64,000 bases of DNA from Camelus dromedarius (taxonomy: Eukaryota), in NCBI RefSeq assembly GCF_036321535.1, contig NC_087436.1, positions 18,664,001-18,728,000 of the forward strand, written 5' to 3'. A program made the translations under genes and the position numbers. The notes beneath the pieces were generated by a model. That model made no database searches. It worked only from the letters and a program-made list of their open reading frames with translations, and was not told the DNA's origin. Every line of letters begins with the position of its first letter. The first letter of the stretch is position 1. Positions 37,073-51,108 of this stretch are shown here, one piece after another.

Positions 37073-39977
37073 ACAAACCGACCACGTAGTCTTAGGTCTC
37101 TACATGCCTTCCAAGCTCAGTTCTGGAGTTCAGGCACCTCCAACCTTGGCTCCAGCACGACCGTATAAGAGGAATTATTAGAATCTCTCTATGTATGTTT
37201 TTGATTTTCCAAGATGCTACACCTGCTCACAAACTTCTTTTTTTTCCCAGCTTTTTTGAAGTGGAGGGTATCTTAGGACTTTCTTAGAGTGAAAAATCAT
37301 TGCTTCTGAGTAAGTACCTTCTTGTGCTATGTGATATCTCATGCAGTGTAGTTCTTTGATAAAATAACTCTCCAAAGTACAAGTCAACATCCACGTTGGT
37401 TTTCTGTTTGTTTTCATTCAGATCAATTATATCTTATTAACAGCATTAAATGCAATAAATATTGATTTCTTTATGTTCGTGACTACCATATACCCGACAC
37501 TGTTCTGTCATTATATGGGGGAGTAAAAATTGCAGCAGATAATAGAGACTGGAGGTAGTGAATTTAACATCGACTTGGTTTTAAATTAAATCTTTATGCT
37601 CTGTAGACATTGGTAACCACAACCAGTATAATAGAAAAGTCAGATAACTGCTGTTATGTGTCCCCTAAGGTCTTTGGGCCCACAATCCATGTTCACATAT
37701 TCATTAGGTTCTAAAAACACTTCTGAACTACTAGACTTTTCTGACACTATGGTAAGTGTCATGGAAAGCAACTTACAGCAAAGCTGTCCTGTCTTTTAAG
37801 GACATAACTAGGTACTAGGTAGTAAATCATGTTGACGTCGAGTTTTAGTGGCAAAACTTGAAAATATAACTGTATAAAAGAACGAACACCAAGTGCACAG
37901 AGGGACGTTGCGCTATGTGATTTTGTATTCATCTCAATCCTGCATCTTTTTTTGTCCTATACTATGTTCACTTTTTAATCTCACTTCTAATTTATATTAT
38001 TTTGCTACACTTTTATGCAGCTTTGTAAGCTACTTTTTGATAACAATATAGGGCTGTAAATTAACAAATAATAGTTTGGATTAAAAGTCAAGATTTAGTT
38101 GATTTGGAGCAAAATTAGGAATTGCCATCAGACCCACGGATTCATCTATTCTGTTCCTTAGTTAAGCACATACTGTATGCAAATATCAGCCCAATGCTTT
38201 CCTTCCTTAATCTTAACGGGGAGCAGATGGGAGGAAACAATTCTTCACATTCATAGGTCTCAGGTTAAAATTTAGCCTGGGTTTTGCAGTCTGGTAAGTT
38301 TGAATCCTGGCCTATTCATTTATTTGTACAGATGAGATAACACTGACTCAGCGGTAGCTCTGACTTTCTCAGAAAGGATCTGGGGCCTCCTATGCTCCTC
38401 CTAGGAGGTGGCTTTGGCAGGTTAGATTCCAGTTTCTGTAGCCACGTTCAAGGTGTGATGTTACGACTTCGGGGCAATCTAGCCCTAAATATTTCATATA
38501 AACACATAATGGTGACAGGTATTGTGAGTGATATTCTTCAGTAGGTCCAGTTTCAAAAAGACTTGCATGCTGCAGGAGCTTAAAAAGGCTCTCCGGTGGT
38601 CTGACTGGGGACCAAGTGTGTATCTGACTCCCTTGAAGTACCTTCAGCTTCGTGAGTTCCTTTTCTTGAGGATTTCAGCAATATAGGTTCTTTAACTGTG
38701 CTGTGGTTCTACTAAAACTCAGCAAAATCTCTCCCAGCCTTGGCACCTGTGGTGGCCTTCAATGTGCCATGATTCAAGTGTGCAGTGGCTGCCCAGACCA
38801 AGAACCGGTCCAGAGAGCCTGACCTTGTATGTTACTGACCTCTCTGCCTCTTAGTATTTACTGATTTCAACCTGGACCTGTTCTAGGCTTTTGAAAACAA
38901 TGCAGCAGAAAACTCCAGTTATCTAAAATGCCACTGCTCAGAGTTAATGGTTTAAATTTTTGTGTATTTAATTCGAAGTTTTTTGGGGGGGCATTCACAC
39001 ATACGTACATATTCACTTGCATGTGAATTATATTGGTGTTTAACAATATTTTACTCTTTGAATAATATGATAAAGGATAATGAATGTTATTAAATATTTT
39101 CTGGAAGCAGGATTTTTAATGGTTATATTCTTTCCTATTAGATGGATGCTGCATTACCTGTTGATGCATTTCTTATTTTGGGGCTTTGGGTTTTTTTCAG
39201 TTTGTTGTTGCATTATAAATAGTACTTCATTGCTACTGTTCCACTTGACACAAATTCTTTCTTGATACATATTGCTAAATTTAATCCCTGAAAGGTTATT
39301 TCAATAATGTTCCCAGTGGCAGTAACTGAAAATAACATTCCAAGACCCTAGCAAGCCCTGAGAGTTAACATTTAAAAGATGCCCATTTGATGAAAAAGAT
39401 TAACAAACTGTTTTAACTGATAAATTACTTTAACTGAAGGTTTTAGTTTGTACTTTTTTCATTTTTTAAATTGACGTTTTATTAACACGTAACCTTATAT
39501 TAGTTTCAGGTATACAGCCTAATGGTTCAATATTTGTACATATTGCAAAATGTTTACCACGAGTCTAGTTAATGTCCTTCACCAGACATAGTTACCAAAT
39601 AATTTGTACTTCTTTATATGGTTATGTGGGACTTTATTGTTATTCTGTGAATTTGTATGTCTACTTTATCATTTTTTAATACTGGAGTGTTGCAGTTTTT
39701 GTTTAAAAAGAGTTGTATATTTCCCACAATAAATTTTCATCACAGAAAATCAGCTAATGCAGAAAACTGGATAGAAAAAAACACCAAGTCATTCGTGATC
39801 TATTTGCTCAGGAGTAACTGCAGCTGACGTTGACATGTAGAAGTCCCTTCATACTCTTTTCTGTGCCAACATAAATCCAGGCCACAACCACCCACACTTT
39901 CTCTTCTGTTACCAAAATGGAAACACATACTGTTTTTGTCATCTGATCTTTCTCACATAGAACTATCTTGTGAGAGA

Positions 39978-40250
39978 AACAGCATGATGTAGTCAGGAAC
40001 TTGGCCTTGGAAGGCCAGCTCCCTAGGTTGACATCTCAGCTTTACCAGTTAGTAGCTACGTGAGCTTGAGCAGGTTGTTTAATTACTCTGCATCCATTTC
40101 CTTAAGGAAATGGGCCCTGGGAGTAATTGAGAATAATTATAAATGAGAATAATTTATAATCTATTCACAGAGTTGTGAAAGCCAATGAAACAGAGCATGT
40201 GAAAAACACCAAGAACAGTGCCCGACACATAGTAACACCCAGCAAAAGTG
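39978..40250 (+). mobile_element. MIR SINE
   Basis: acagcatgatgtag...tagctacgtgagcttgagcagg...aacagtgcccgacacatagtaa. Confidence 0.7.
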
Positions 40251-40579
40251 AACTTTTGTTATCTTCTCATCGCAGCAATAGATTTGTGTGGCTAGCAGGG
40301 TAATCATTAGTGGTATTTTATTGTATCATCTGTTGTAGCTGGCTATCATAATTTCCTGAAACAATCCCCTTTTGAAGAACTTTTCAGTTGTTTGTAATTT
40401 CTCACTTTTAAACTTCACTAAGATGGATGGTAAATGGAGCAGCACAGAGCTGAAGAATGCTGGCTCTTAAAATTACTCACATGTCCCTGTGAATCCTGGC
40501 TCTGCCACTTACTAGACAAACTACTTAACCAAGTCTTAGATTCCTCATGTACAAATTAGATATAACAAAACTCTCGTAA

Positions 40580-41040
40580 GGTCATTAGTTACCTATCCCT
40601 GCAAAACAAATGAGCACATAACTCGTTGTTTTAAAACCACTGTTTCATTTGCTCATGAGTCTGTGTGTCAGCATTCTGGGCTGGGCTCAGCTTGCTGGGT
40701 CTCTGATTCTCTTGCTCAGGTTCCCCCATGTGGCTCAAATCGAATGAGAGCTCAGCTGTGGCTGGCTGGTCAAAACTGGCCTCCTTCCATGTCTGGTTTT
40801 TGGTGCTGGCTGTTGACAGAACTAGAATCTTCAGCAGCCGAGGGTTTCTTAACATTGTGGCAAGACTTGGAAAGCAGAGAGAAGGAAATCCTCTATTTGT
40901 GATGTGAGCTTGTATCTCACTGGTCAAACAAGTAACATGGCCAAACCCAGAGTCCCTGTGGGAGGGGACCATGCCATGGCAGAGACATGGGGAGGCATTG
41001 TTCACTGGAGCAGGCCATTACTTTACTGTAATGAATAATC
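40580..41040 (-). mobile_element. MLT1-type MaLR LTR
   Basis: gctcatgagtctgtgtgtcagcattctgggctgggctcagc...ggtcaaacaagtaacatggccaaacccagagtc. Confidence 0.7.
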
Positions 41041-41484
41041 TCTTTGTTGTAAGGATTATAATTTTGCTTGCTCATCCTTAAAATGTAGATGATGATAGTA
41101 GTGTCTACCTAAAAAAATTGTCAAAATCAAATGATCCGATGCATAGGTACGATTTTTCACAGTGCTGGAACATTCTACATGTCCAATAAATGCTAGTTTT
41201 TATCCGGAGTACTTATTTCCTTGGGAAATATATTGAGGTATGTACTCGATGAAGACATTAGATACTATTGGCAATACTATATTTTCATACTTTTCAAAAA
41301 CCTTTGGGTCTTAATTGCTTTTGAAATTCATCACTCAGACAAGTAGAAAATAACTCATGGTATTCATTTACACTTCTTCAATTAGTTATATTTCTTTGTA
41401 CGTAATTTCCATAGGTTTTTGATGCTCTGCATTTCTTTAGTGATTTGCCTATTTATTCTCCTTGTGTATGTAAAGGAAAATACA

Positions 41485-43140
41485 TGTTTATTTTGAAATA
41501 ATTTTAGACAAACAGAAAAGTTGCAAAGAGAGTACAGAAAGTTCCTGACTGTCCCTTACAGCATTTTGCCTTACCACGGTCCATGTGTCACAACTAAGAA
41601 ACCAACATTAGTACATTTCTGTGAATTAAGCTTCAGGCTTTATTTTGATTTCACTAGTTTTTCCACAAATGTTCTTTTTCTGTTCTAGGATCCAGTCCAG
41701 GGTGTCACATGGCATTTAATCTTCATGTTTCTGTAGTTGCCTGTGATATGTGACAGTTTTTCATGACCTTCACAGTTCTGAGAGTACGGGTCAGATCTCT
41801 CACTTTGGGTTTGTCTGATGTTTTCTCATGATTCGACCGGGATGATGGGTGTTTGGAAAGAACACTGCAGAGGTGAGATGCCTTTCCCATCACATCCTAA
41901 TCCTGTAGGGGGCACTTGCTGTCAACATGACTTAGCACTCGTGAGATTAACCTTGATCACTTCATACTGGTGGTGTTTGCCAGGTCTCTTCACTGTGAAA
42001 TTATTATTTTTCACTTTCTATACTCTTTTTAAAAACTTTTCTTTGTAAATTGAAGCATAGTTGATTCACAGTGTTGTATTAGTTTCTAGTGTACAGCACA
42101 GTGACTCAGTTGTACACACATACACATTCTTTTTCATTACAGGTTATTACAAGCCATTGACTGTAGTTCCCTGTGCTATACAGTAGGACCTTATTATTTA
42201 TCTGTTCTGTACGTAGTAGTTTGTATCTGCTAGTCCCAAACTCCCAATTAATTTCTCCATCCCCTCTTTCTATATTCTTATTTACTTTCTATACTGTTAT
42301 TCTTTGGAAGCAAGTCACTAAATTCAGCCCGCTCTCAAAGTGGGAGATAGGGGTTGGGGTGCCACGTCTGGAAAGGGAGGTGTATTCACTTGCTAGGGCC
42401 ACTGTAACAGAACGCCAGGAACGAGGTGGTGTAAACAACAGAAACTTACTTCTCACAGTTTGGGAGACCAGCAGTCCAAGGTGTCAGCAGGTTGGGTTTC
42501 CTCTGAGGCCTCTCCCCTTACCTTGCAGGTGTTACTGTGTCTTCTCATGGTCTTGTGTGAGTAGGTGTATGTCCTAATCTTCTGTTCTCACAAGGACACT
42601 GGTCCTGTTGGATTAGGAGCCACCATATGAGCTCATTTGGTCTTAATGAACTCTTTAAAGGCCCTATCTCCAGATCTCCAAATACAGTTACATTCTGAGT
42701 TATTGGAGGTTATGCCTTCAACGTACGGATTTTGGGGAGACAATTCAGCCTAAACAGCCTAACTCTATATATTATTTGGAACTTTTCTGTGAAGAAGACA
42801 TGTCTTTTCCCCTCCATTTATTTATGTATTCAACCATTTATATCAGCATGGGATCCTGTTATACTTATTTTATACTTTGGATTGTAATTGAATACCATGC
42901 TAATAATTTTATTGCTCAAATTCTTCTACCTTTGCCACCAGAGACTCAGGTTGGCTCCTGTGTCCCTATACTCTTGTTCTTTGAACATCCTCACTTTCTA
43001 GTCCTACATGATGCTCCAGGATCATTTTGTATTCTTTTGTGCTCCAGTCTTGGAATTACCAGTTTATCGAAGGTGTTCCAGTGCCCTTTATCAGGGAATG
43101 ATACTTAAACACCTATATTTGGGCATTGGGTGTCCCCATT
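41485..43140 (-). mobile_element. L1MC-like 3' end with a nested younger L1 fragment (~42030-42275) and MLT1B
   Basis: ttattttgaaataattttagacaaacagaaaagttgcaa...ctgttctaggatccagtccag; nested aattgaagcatagttgattcacagtgttgt... Confidence 0.8.
42381..42756 (-). mobile_element. MLT1B-like MaLR solo LTR
   Basis: tgtattcacttgctagggccactgtaaca...gggagacaattcagcctaaaca. Confidence 0.88.
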
Positions 43141-43244
43141 TTTTTCCTAGAGGAATGAAATAATATTCTTATTGATGGGAACATCTCTCTATATTAGTGA
43201 TACTGACTTTTTGCCTGTGTTATATGTTACAAAAGTTTCTTCTT

Positions 43245-44270
43245 TTATTAATCAACAAATATTTAGCATGGGCTTACTTTGTATTTGGCATTGGTCAAGA
43301 TGATGGAGATACTGCAGTAAATAAAACTAAGTCCCTGACTTCATGGCACTTATATTCTAGAGAAGGCAATCAGTTAGTGAACAAGTAGGAAAGGAAAAAA
43401 TAACGTAAGACCTATGAAGAAAAATAAAACAGAGTAAGGGCCAGAAAGCAAATGAGGGGATAAGTATCTTAGAAAGGCCAGCTAGGGATGGCTTCTTGGA
43501 TGAGGTGAGATCTGAACAAAGACCTGAATGAAGAGATGAAACAAGCCATGGCAATAGCTGAGGGGTAGAACATTCTAGACAGAAAAAATAGGAAGTGCAA
43601 AGGCACTGAGGTGAGTGCATGCTCACTGTATTGTAGGGATAGTGAAAGAGGCCAATTCAGCTGGGGCAGAATGAGTGAGGGAAGCAGTAATAAAGGATGA
43701 TACAGCTTGGGTTGCAAGGGTCCAGATCATACAGGTGTGATAAACACTTTGGCCTTTCTTCTAAGTGTAACAGGATACCATGGGAGGGTTCTGAGCAGAG
43801 GTAGGACATAATCAGATTTCTATTTTAAAAGTTGTGCCTCTGACTATTTTGTGAACAGTCGACTAGAAGGGACTAAGAGCAGAAGCAGGAATCCCAGTGG
43901 AGAGACTGTGGCAGTGAACCCCAGGAGAGGCGGTGTGGGTTGGGCCAGGGTTATGGTGGTGGAGATGGAGAGAAGTTGGAAACAGGACATATTTTGCAGC
44001 AGAACTAACAGCTTTTTTTGATTGACTAGAGGTGAGGTGAAAGGAGGAAAGGAGTTAAGAGTAACTTCTAAGTTTTGCACCTTAGCCATTGGATGAACTA
44101 AAGACTTTTTCTTGAAAAGGCAAACTGACGAAGAGCAGGTTCTGAAGAGGGAATCCAGAGCTGTCTTTTGGACATTGGTTGCCTAGTGACATTAGAGGGG
44201 AGATAGATGTCCAGTTGGCAGATGGATAAATGACTCTGGAATTCAGGGGTGAGCTGTTGGAAGTCATTGG
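43245..44270 (-). mobile_element. L2 LINE 3' region
   Basis: caacaaatatttag...gaggtgagatctgaacaaagacctgaatgaag...cattctagacaga...gggagggttctgagcagagg. Confidence 0.85.
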
Positions 44271-44601
44271 TTTGTACACATACATACACACACCCAGAGT
44301 TTTAGAGATTAAATGTGGTTTTAATATGCCCATTTAATTTTTACATAATATTACTCACTATTTCTGAAGCTAACAATATCTGGGCTTCTTTAGCTTGTTA
44401 TTTTAACTTACCAAACATACTATGACAGTTTTTCTAAACCTCCAATTCCATTTAGCACTGCTAGTCCATGAAGAGTAATGATTATGCCTATTTTTTTAAA
44501 GAAAAGGTATTATTTTGTACTTTTCTACTGTTTCAACAATTAAAAACAGAATAAAAGCACTAAAAGGGAAACTTTGGTTTCAATGACATTGTGAAGTGCA
44601 C

Positions 44602-45140
44602 TGTATTGGTTAGGACTATATACATGGCAAGTGACTGAAAATCCCACACAAACGAAATATAGAAGGGGATATTCTGGTTTCCTTAACTGGGAACTTCATG
44701 TGGTAGGTGTGGTTCACACATCGTTGGGTCTAGGCGTTCAGACAGTCTCATCAGCCCTCTGTCTGTTTGTCGCTCTTTGTCTCTCAGCATCGCTTATCAC
44801 CACTGTTTTCTTCTTAGGCTCTCTCTATGGCAACATATCCCTAGTGGCCACAAGCATTCTTACAGCTTGGGATCAAAGTGCAAAAGAGACATCCATGTCA
44901 ATTCCTCAGAGAGGACTTGGATGAACCCTCCCTGGGCTGTTGTATGAGGAAGATGACTGATTCTGGTTGGTCAGCCTGGGTGGTGTGTCCGCTGTCCATG
45001 GCAGAGGGTGTGGAGCTGCTGGATGGATGGACTCATGGAATCCCATGAAGAGCCCGAGGACATTTTCCCAAAGAGACCCATGCCACACGGGCAGCCTGCC
45101 CATAGGTATGAAAGTGATTCCACCAGAGAGATGGGGTGGT
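44602..45140 (-). mobile_element. Old MLT1 (J/K-like) LTR
   Basis: tgtattggttaggac...gcaagtgactgaaaatcccacacaaac. Confidence 0.55.
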
Positions 45141-45805
45141 ATTTGTAGTATAGATGGTAAGGGTTCAGCAGTGAGATGACTTTTAGGTCCCCAGAGTGAC
45201 TCTGTCAACTCCCAGGATTTTTCATTATTCAGTGTGGTTTAGTAATACTTACATACATGCCCAGATAAAAATTTTTGTCTTGAAATATTTCCATGAAGTA
45301 AACATGAACACAACATGTGCACACATGTGAAACATTGGATATGAAACTCCGTGACGAGTTAAAGCCTCTGGGACTGTGAAAACTCCTTCAGGAATGAAGA
45401 CTCAGTACCCAAGCAAGCTGTGCACTTGGGGAGGCAGGAGGGAGTGAGAGGGGACCAGAGCTAGTTTCTAAGCGCTTTGCTCCCTTAAAAACATTACAGA
45501 AAGGTTATGTTGGTACAGAAATTGGAGTGACAGGGAACCCTTGAGTTGATCAGTGCAGTGTAGAGGTTAAGCTGGTAGGCTCTGGAGCAGGGAAGTTTTG
45601 TTCATTTCCTACATTCACTAGCCCTGGGATCACTGGCAAATTAAGCTCACAAAGCTTTAGTTCGTTTACCATTCAAATGGCTGACAGTAATCAGATTGAC
45701 CTCAGAAGACTGTGGAGAGGATTACAAGAGATAACATAACATCATATGCTTAATACAGTGCCTGGAACATAGTTGATACTCAATAATTATGGCCTATAAT
45801 GTTGC

Positions 45806-46403
45806 TACAAACAGTGAATTAGCAAATACCGGAGCATTGCTCATAGAGGAAATACAAGGTTAGGTTCCTGTGAGCCTCTGGTGACAACATTTTTGTCAAC
45901 TGATCAATATATAATCTTGTTTTGTATGTGTTTCCGTTGAAAGAGACCTTATTTAACATATATTATTGATTCATTAACTTTGAACTCACAGCCAACAGCA
46001 CTGTTATTCATGTCTGAATGAAACTTACTTAATACATGTGTTTTTCCCTCAAGGTACATTGCAGCCCTCGTGCACTTAGAAATGTGAGACAGCACTTTGG
46101 TGCTACGCTAGGTGGCCATTTTAAACAGTGAATTCCTAACAAAAAAGTACAAAAATGTGAAAAATATGGCATTAAATAGATAACGAAAAGGACACTTGTT
46201 CACAGTCTGAGAGTTAAAACAAGAAAGAAGGCAGAGCATTGTTTGTTCCACCTCTGTTGGGAATGTGTGGTTGCACCTCAAAATGCTCCCTGCTCTGAGC
46301 GTATTCACAGATGACCGTGAAAGCACTGGGAGTATTGATTTGAGATTCCAAAGGAATTTTAGCAGGTAGGCAAATGGAATCCGTGCATGATAAGAATCCA
46401 CTG
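45806..46403. mobile_element. MER82-like TcMar-Tigger element
   Basis: gaactcacagccaacagcact...ggccattttaaacagtgaa...aaaaggacacttgttcacagt...gagtattgattt...gataagaatccactg. Confidence 0.8.
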
Positions 46404-49400
46404 ATTTCTTTATCTACACTGTGTGAAGTAAGTGTTATCTTTATTTCACAAATTAAAAAATCTCTGAGGTTTAAAATGCTGAATCACTTCCGTAAGGCTA
46501 GGCAGCTAGTTAGCAGAAGGTAAACGTTGCTCATCTAATTCCAGAGGCAATGCTTCCATCTTTACACTATGTATCTCACACATTTGAGAAAGCTAAACTA
46601 TCTCTTGACAAATTCTGAAGTCAGCCAGGTGCTGTTCTCTTCCCTATGTTAGATTGTGACAAGTGAGACATCTCTCCTCCTATGTTTATCCCTGGACTGC
46701 TCAAACAGGATTTACTCTGTTTAATCAAATGCATCTTATTCTGAAACATATATTCTATTTCAGATAGTCTCACTGAATGGATCTTTCTTAGAAGTAACTT
46801 CTTATAATGTTCTTATGGTGTTCTATAACACGTAACTTATTGGAGTTACAAGTTCTCGGAGAATAGTTACCTCTTATCTTTCTTTATATGACCTCTCTCT
46901 CTTCTCAGAGGCTTTTCCCTAAGAAGTTTATTTCCCCTCATTAGAAAGATAATCCATGTTATTTCAGTGAATTTTGAAAACATAGAAAAGCCCAAAGAAT
47001 AAAATACAAGTCATCCATCTTTCTTACACAAAGAATCTTTATTAACATCGAATATGACTTCTTTCCATTTCCCCTCTCTTGTTTTCTGTATGTATGTATG
47101 TCTATTCAAATTCACATGCAGGTATTAAGAACTGGGGCCTTATCCTATTTATTATTTTTAACTTTTTCATTTAAGAATGTATTTTGGAGATTTTAAACTG
47201 TCATTATATGGGTATGCCATGGTTTATCAAACGATTTAGATTGCTTTAAATTTTTAGCTATTTCAAACACATTTTTAATTGAGCGTTGCTTAAGATGAAT
47301 ATTAGTAAATGTTCCAATTGTCATGTGGAAAGAGAATTTTTGCATTGGAATATGTTGGCATTGTAAAGGCTTTTTGATAATTATTGGTAAATTGGTTTCA
47401 AGAAGGTTATATCAATTTAATTTTCCCACTAGCCTGTGGGCATTTCCACATGCCTGTGTCCTTGCCTTCTTGGAAAGAGGACATGATCTAGAGGCTTTAC
47501 CTTAAGTTGCTTTATTTGAGGCAAGTAAATGCCTTTATTAAGAAGGGAAGGTATAAGTTTTAGAATGCTCTCCAACTGAAATGCATGATTCAGATTCTAT
47601 TTCTCCTAGTAGTAGGCTATATGTGCCATGCAGTTATTTGTACTGTAATGAGTAAAGGGAGTGGGCGTCCCAGGGAACACCACAATATGAGTGAGGAGGC
47701 AGGGAAAGATGCACCCAAGAAGGAGACAGAGACTGAGAAGCAGAAAGATGCCAAGAGAACCTGGGGAGCAGGATGTCACTAGGACCAGAATGAGGCAGTT
47801 TCCAGAAAGCTGTAAAGTTTCCATTACACAACAGTGTAAATGCTTCGGAAAGTATTCAAAAAGCCAAGTAAGACAAGAGCTAAAAGTTGTCCATTTAATT
47901 GAGCAAAAAGGGAGGACGAAATCTGGCTGACTGTGGGCCGAGGTGCATGCGTCAGTGACCTGTTTTTTGCATATGCTTGTTTCTTTTTAGTTCCTGTTAG
48001 TTTTATTATTTTTTTTGAGTGTGTGTGGGGAGTGAATATACAAACACGGATTATTCTGGAAGCAGCTGGCACCGTTTGCTTCAGGCCACCTGCTTTGGGG
48101 GATCAGCAATTCCATAAATGCAGAGGCAAATAATTGCAGATACTATCTGCCTGCTTTTGAATCACCATAAAAGGCCAATTTCAATTTTGTTCTAAAAATG
48201 GGCCAAAGTTTTCCATGGACTCGTCTGGATGAGACATTCTAAAGAAGACTTTTCATCCATTCAGTAGCTAGGTGAACTCTTAGCAGGACGGAGTGGGTTA
48301 TTCCAGCAATGAGTTGTTGGTGTTTCATTTTAGTGCCACCCCTGACCTTTGACAACAATTGAAATGTCACTTTTTGTTGCCGTGAGTGGCCCAAGTTTAC
48401 ATTTGAGTTTAAATCCTGTCTTCACAACCCCATTTAGAAAGAACTATAAGGATTTGTGTTTTGGCAACGATGGAGCAGGCATTACTAAGGTTAAGAGCAA
48501 TGCATCAAATTCTCCATTTAGATGCTTCCTGGTGGCAGGGACATCCAGGTGAGAGGAACCACTCAAAAGTCTCTTGGGAGTAATTGGGAAGAGCTGAGTT
48601 CTTCCCATTCGGAGCTTTCTCTGCTTAAGAAGAGAATGGGAGATACTGGAACAATAATAGTGATAGCACTGCTGTTAATAGCTAATACTCACTGAGCCAT
48701 TACTCTGATCCAGGCTACGTGCAAAGCCCTTGACAGTGTTATGAAATGCAATCCTCACCGTCATCTTTATGATTCATGAACCAGTAGATTTTATGGATGA
48801 GCAAAGTGAGATGCAGAGTGGTTACATTTCTTGCCTGGAGTCGCTCAGGTGATGAGAGGTGAAGGTGAGCATCACACCTTGGTCTCCTTGACTCCTGGGC
48901 CCTCCTCTCATCCATTGCTACTTCTTATGTCTGTAAAGTGCCTGGCACATAGTAGGTGCTCGCTGGATGTTCATTCTTTTCTCTTCCGGGTAGTGACAGA
49001 CCGGGTAGAATGGCAGGCTTGCTCTCTCTTGTCAGATGGGATGGCCACACACCACGAACACCGCCAGGACACTGGTCGGTCAGGCTGGAATGACAAGCAT
49101 GAGGAGGGCAGAGGTTACAGGGCTCTCTGGACCCTCTGGGGGATTTAAGAACATTATATAACCTTCTGAGTCATTCTCTGTCATAGTGTGGTATTGCCTG
49201 ATCACATCCTTAGCAGCGGGTCATGATTTTTGTTACTAAGTAACTCTTAAAAAATTTTTTTTAAACTCATTTTTCTTTACTAGCTGAAGACTGATGTGAT
49301 TGGGGGGAATGAGGAGGTTTTGAAAGGAATGTTCTGCTCTGGGGTCAAGGAGAGGAGTTTCTTCCTATCTGTCTGGAGCTGATTCAGGAACTGATGAGGA

Positions 49401-50304
49401 GCCGAGTTTCAAGTCCAAAGGTACAGGAGAAACTGGCTTTTTTTTCTTTACACAGAAACATGAAATGTCCTTGCTGTTTCCAGTGCTTAAAGGCCTGAGA
49501 GGGTTCAAAGAGGAAGGCTAAAGTTTACAGTTTCTTACTACCCTGCTCAGATTTTGCTTCTGTTCATGGGGGAGGCTGGTGGAGAAATTCATAGTGTCAA
49601 AGCCAGATCCTTGTTTCATGGTGTAGGTCTTGGAGGGAGCACCATCACAGGCCACGGGCTTCCCCTGGCCTGACTAGGGAGCCCTCCCATTACCCGCCCA
49701 GCTTGGATGAAGGATGCTTGACCCTTACTAAGAGTGGAAGTACATTTAGGGACACATATAACAACAGTCTTTTTAAAGCAAAGAGCTAAAATCCTAATCA
49801 CACATTTATGGTTAAAATATAGCATGAGTGCCTGATTTCGAACTCTGTATTGTATGTAATAAGTTGCATTAATAAGCTTTGCATCTGTCTATAAGGCCTC
49901 TGGGTTTCACCTACTTTGGGATACATACTGGAAACAAAAGGGAAAAATGAACTTGAGTGGCAGACGGGGTTTGAATTATAGCTTCAGGATTTACTGGTTG
50001 TAGAGCTTGGACAAGACACTTGAGCTCTTTAGTGGCCTGTTTCCTCGTTGGTAAGCTGGAGTGAACAATACCTCATGGAGTTGTTGTGAGGGTTGAGTCT
50101 TAATAATAATAATAATAATACATGTAAAGCAACCAGCACTATGTAAGGGTCAGCTAGTCTCATTTTTGTTATTGTCGTTGTTATGTTAGAAAATGGCATA
50201 TGCCTAGGGGTGGGGAGACGCCTTACAAGACAACAGCAAAAATTGTTAAGAAAATTAGTTGGTGGAGTTCTCTGTGTTCAAGCTGTATGTAAAAACAATG
50301 GAAA

Positions 50305-50970
50305 GTTCACAGTGAGATGCCACCTCACACCCACTTAGATAGCTATAATTAAAACCAAAAACCAAAAAAAGAAAAGGAGAAACCAAAATGGAAAACAACA
50401 AGCGCTGGCAAGGATGTGGAGACATTGGAACCCTCTTACATTGCTGGTGGGGATGCAAAATGGCTCAGCTGCTGTGGAAAATAGCTTGGCAGTTTCTCAA
50501 AAAGTTAAACATAGAGTAACTGTGTATGTAACCCAGCAGTTCCACTCCTAGTTTTATAGCCAAAAGAAATAAAAACAGTTACTCAAGTATTTATACGTGA
50601 ATGTTCACAGAAACACTATTGGCAATAGTCAAAAGATGAAAACCATCCAGATATTCATCAGTGCGTGAATAGGTAAACAAACTTTTATACAAACAATGGG
50701 ATAGTATTTGGCCATAATTTATTGAGGAATTAAGTACTGATCTGTGCTACAATATGGACAAACTTTGAAAACATTATGCTAAGTGAAGGAAGATGGACAC
50801 CAAAGGTCACATATTGTATGATTCCAGTTTATGAAATATCTGGAGTAGGTAAATCTGTAGAGAGAGAAAGCAGACTGATAGATGCCAAGGAATGGGGGAA
50901 GAGGGAATGGGGAGTGACTGCTTAATGGATACTGGGTTTTATTTTGGGGTGATGATAATTTTTTGGCAAT
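50305..50970 (+). mobile_element. L1MB-like 3' fragment
   Basis: ctggcaaggatgtggagacattggaaccctc...aacattatgctaagtgaagga...ttttggggtgatgataa. Confidence 0.88.
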
Positions 50971-50979
50971 TTTTTGCAA

Positions 50980-51108
50980 TTTTGAGGTAATACCTTATTG
51001 TAGTTTTGACTTGCATTTCTCTAACAAATAGTGATGTTGAGCATCCTTTCTTGTGCCTGTTGGCCAACTGTATGTCTTTGGAGAAATGTCTGTGTAGGTC
51101 TTCTGCTT
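50980..51108 (-). mobile_element. L1 ORF2 fragment, antisense
   Basis: ttgtagttttgacttgcatttctctaacaaatagtgatgttgagcatc...ttggagaaatgtctg. Confidence 0.85.
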
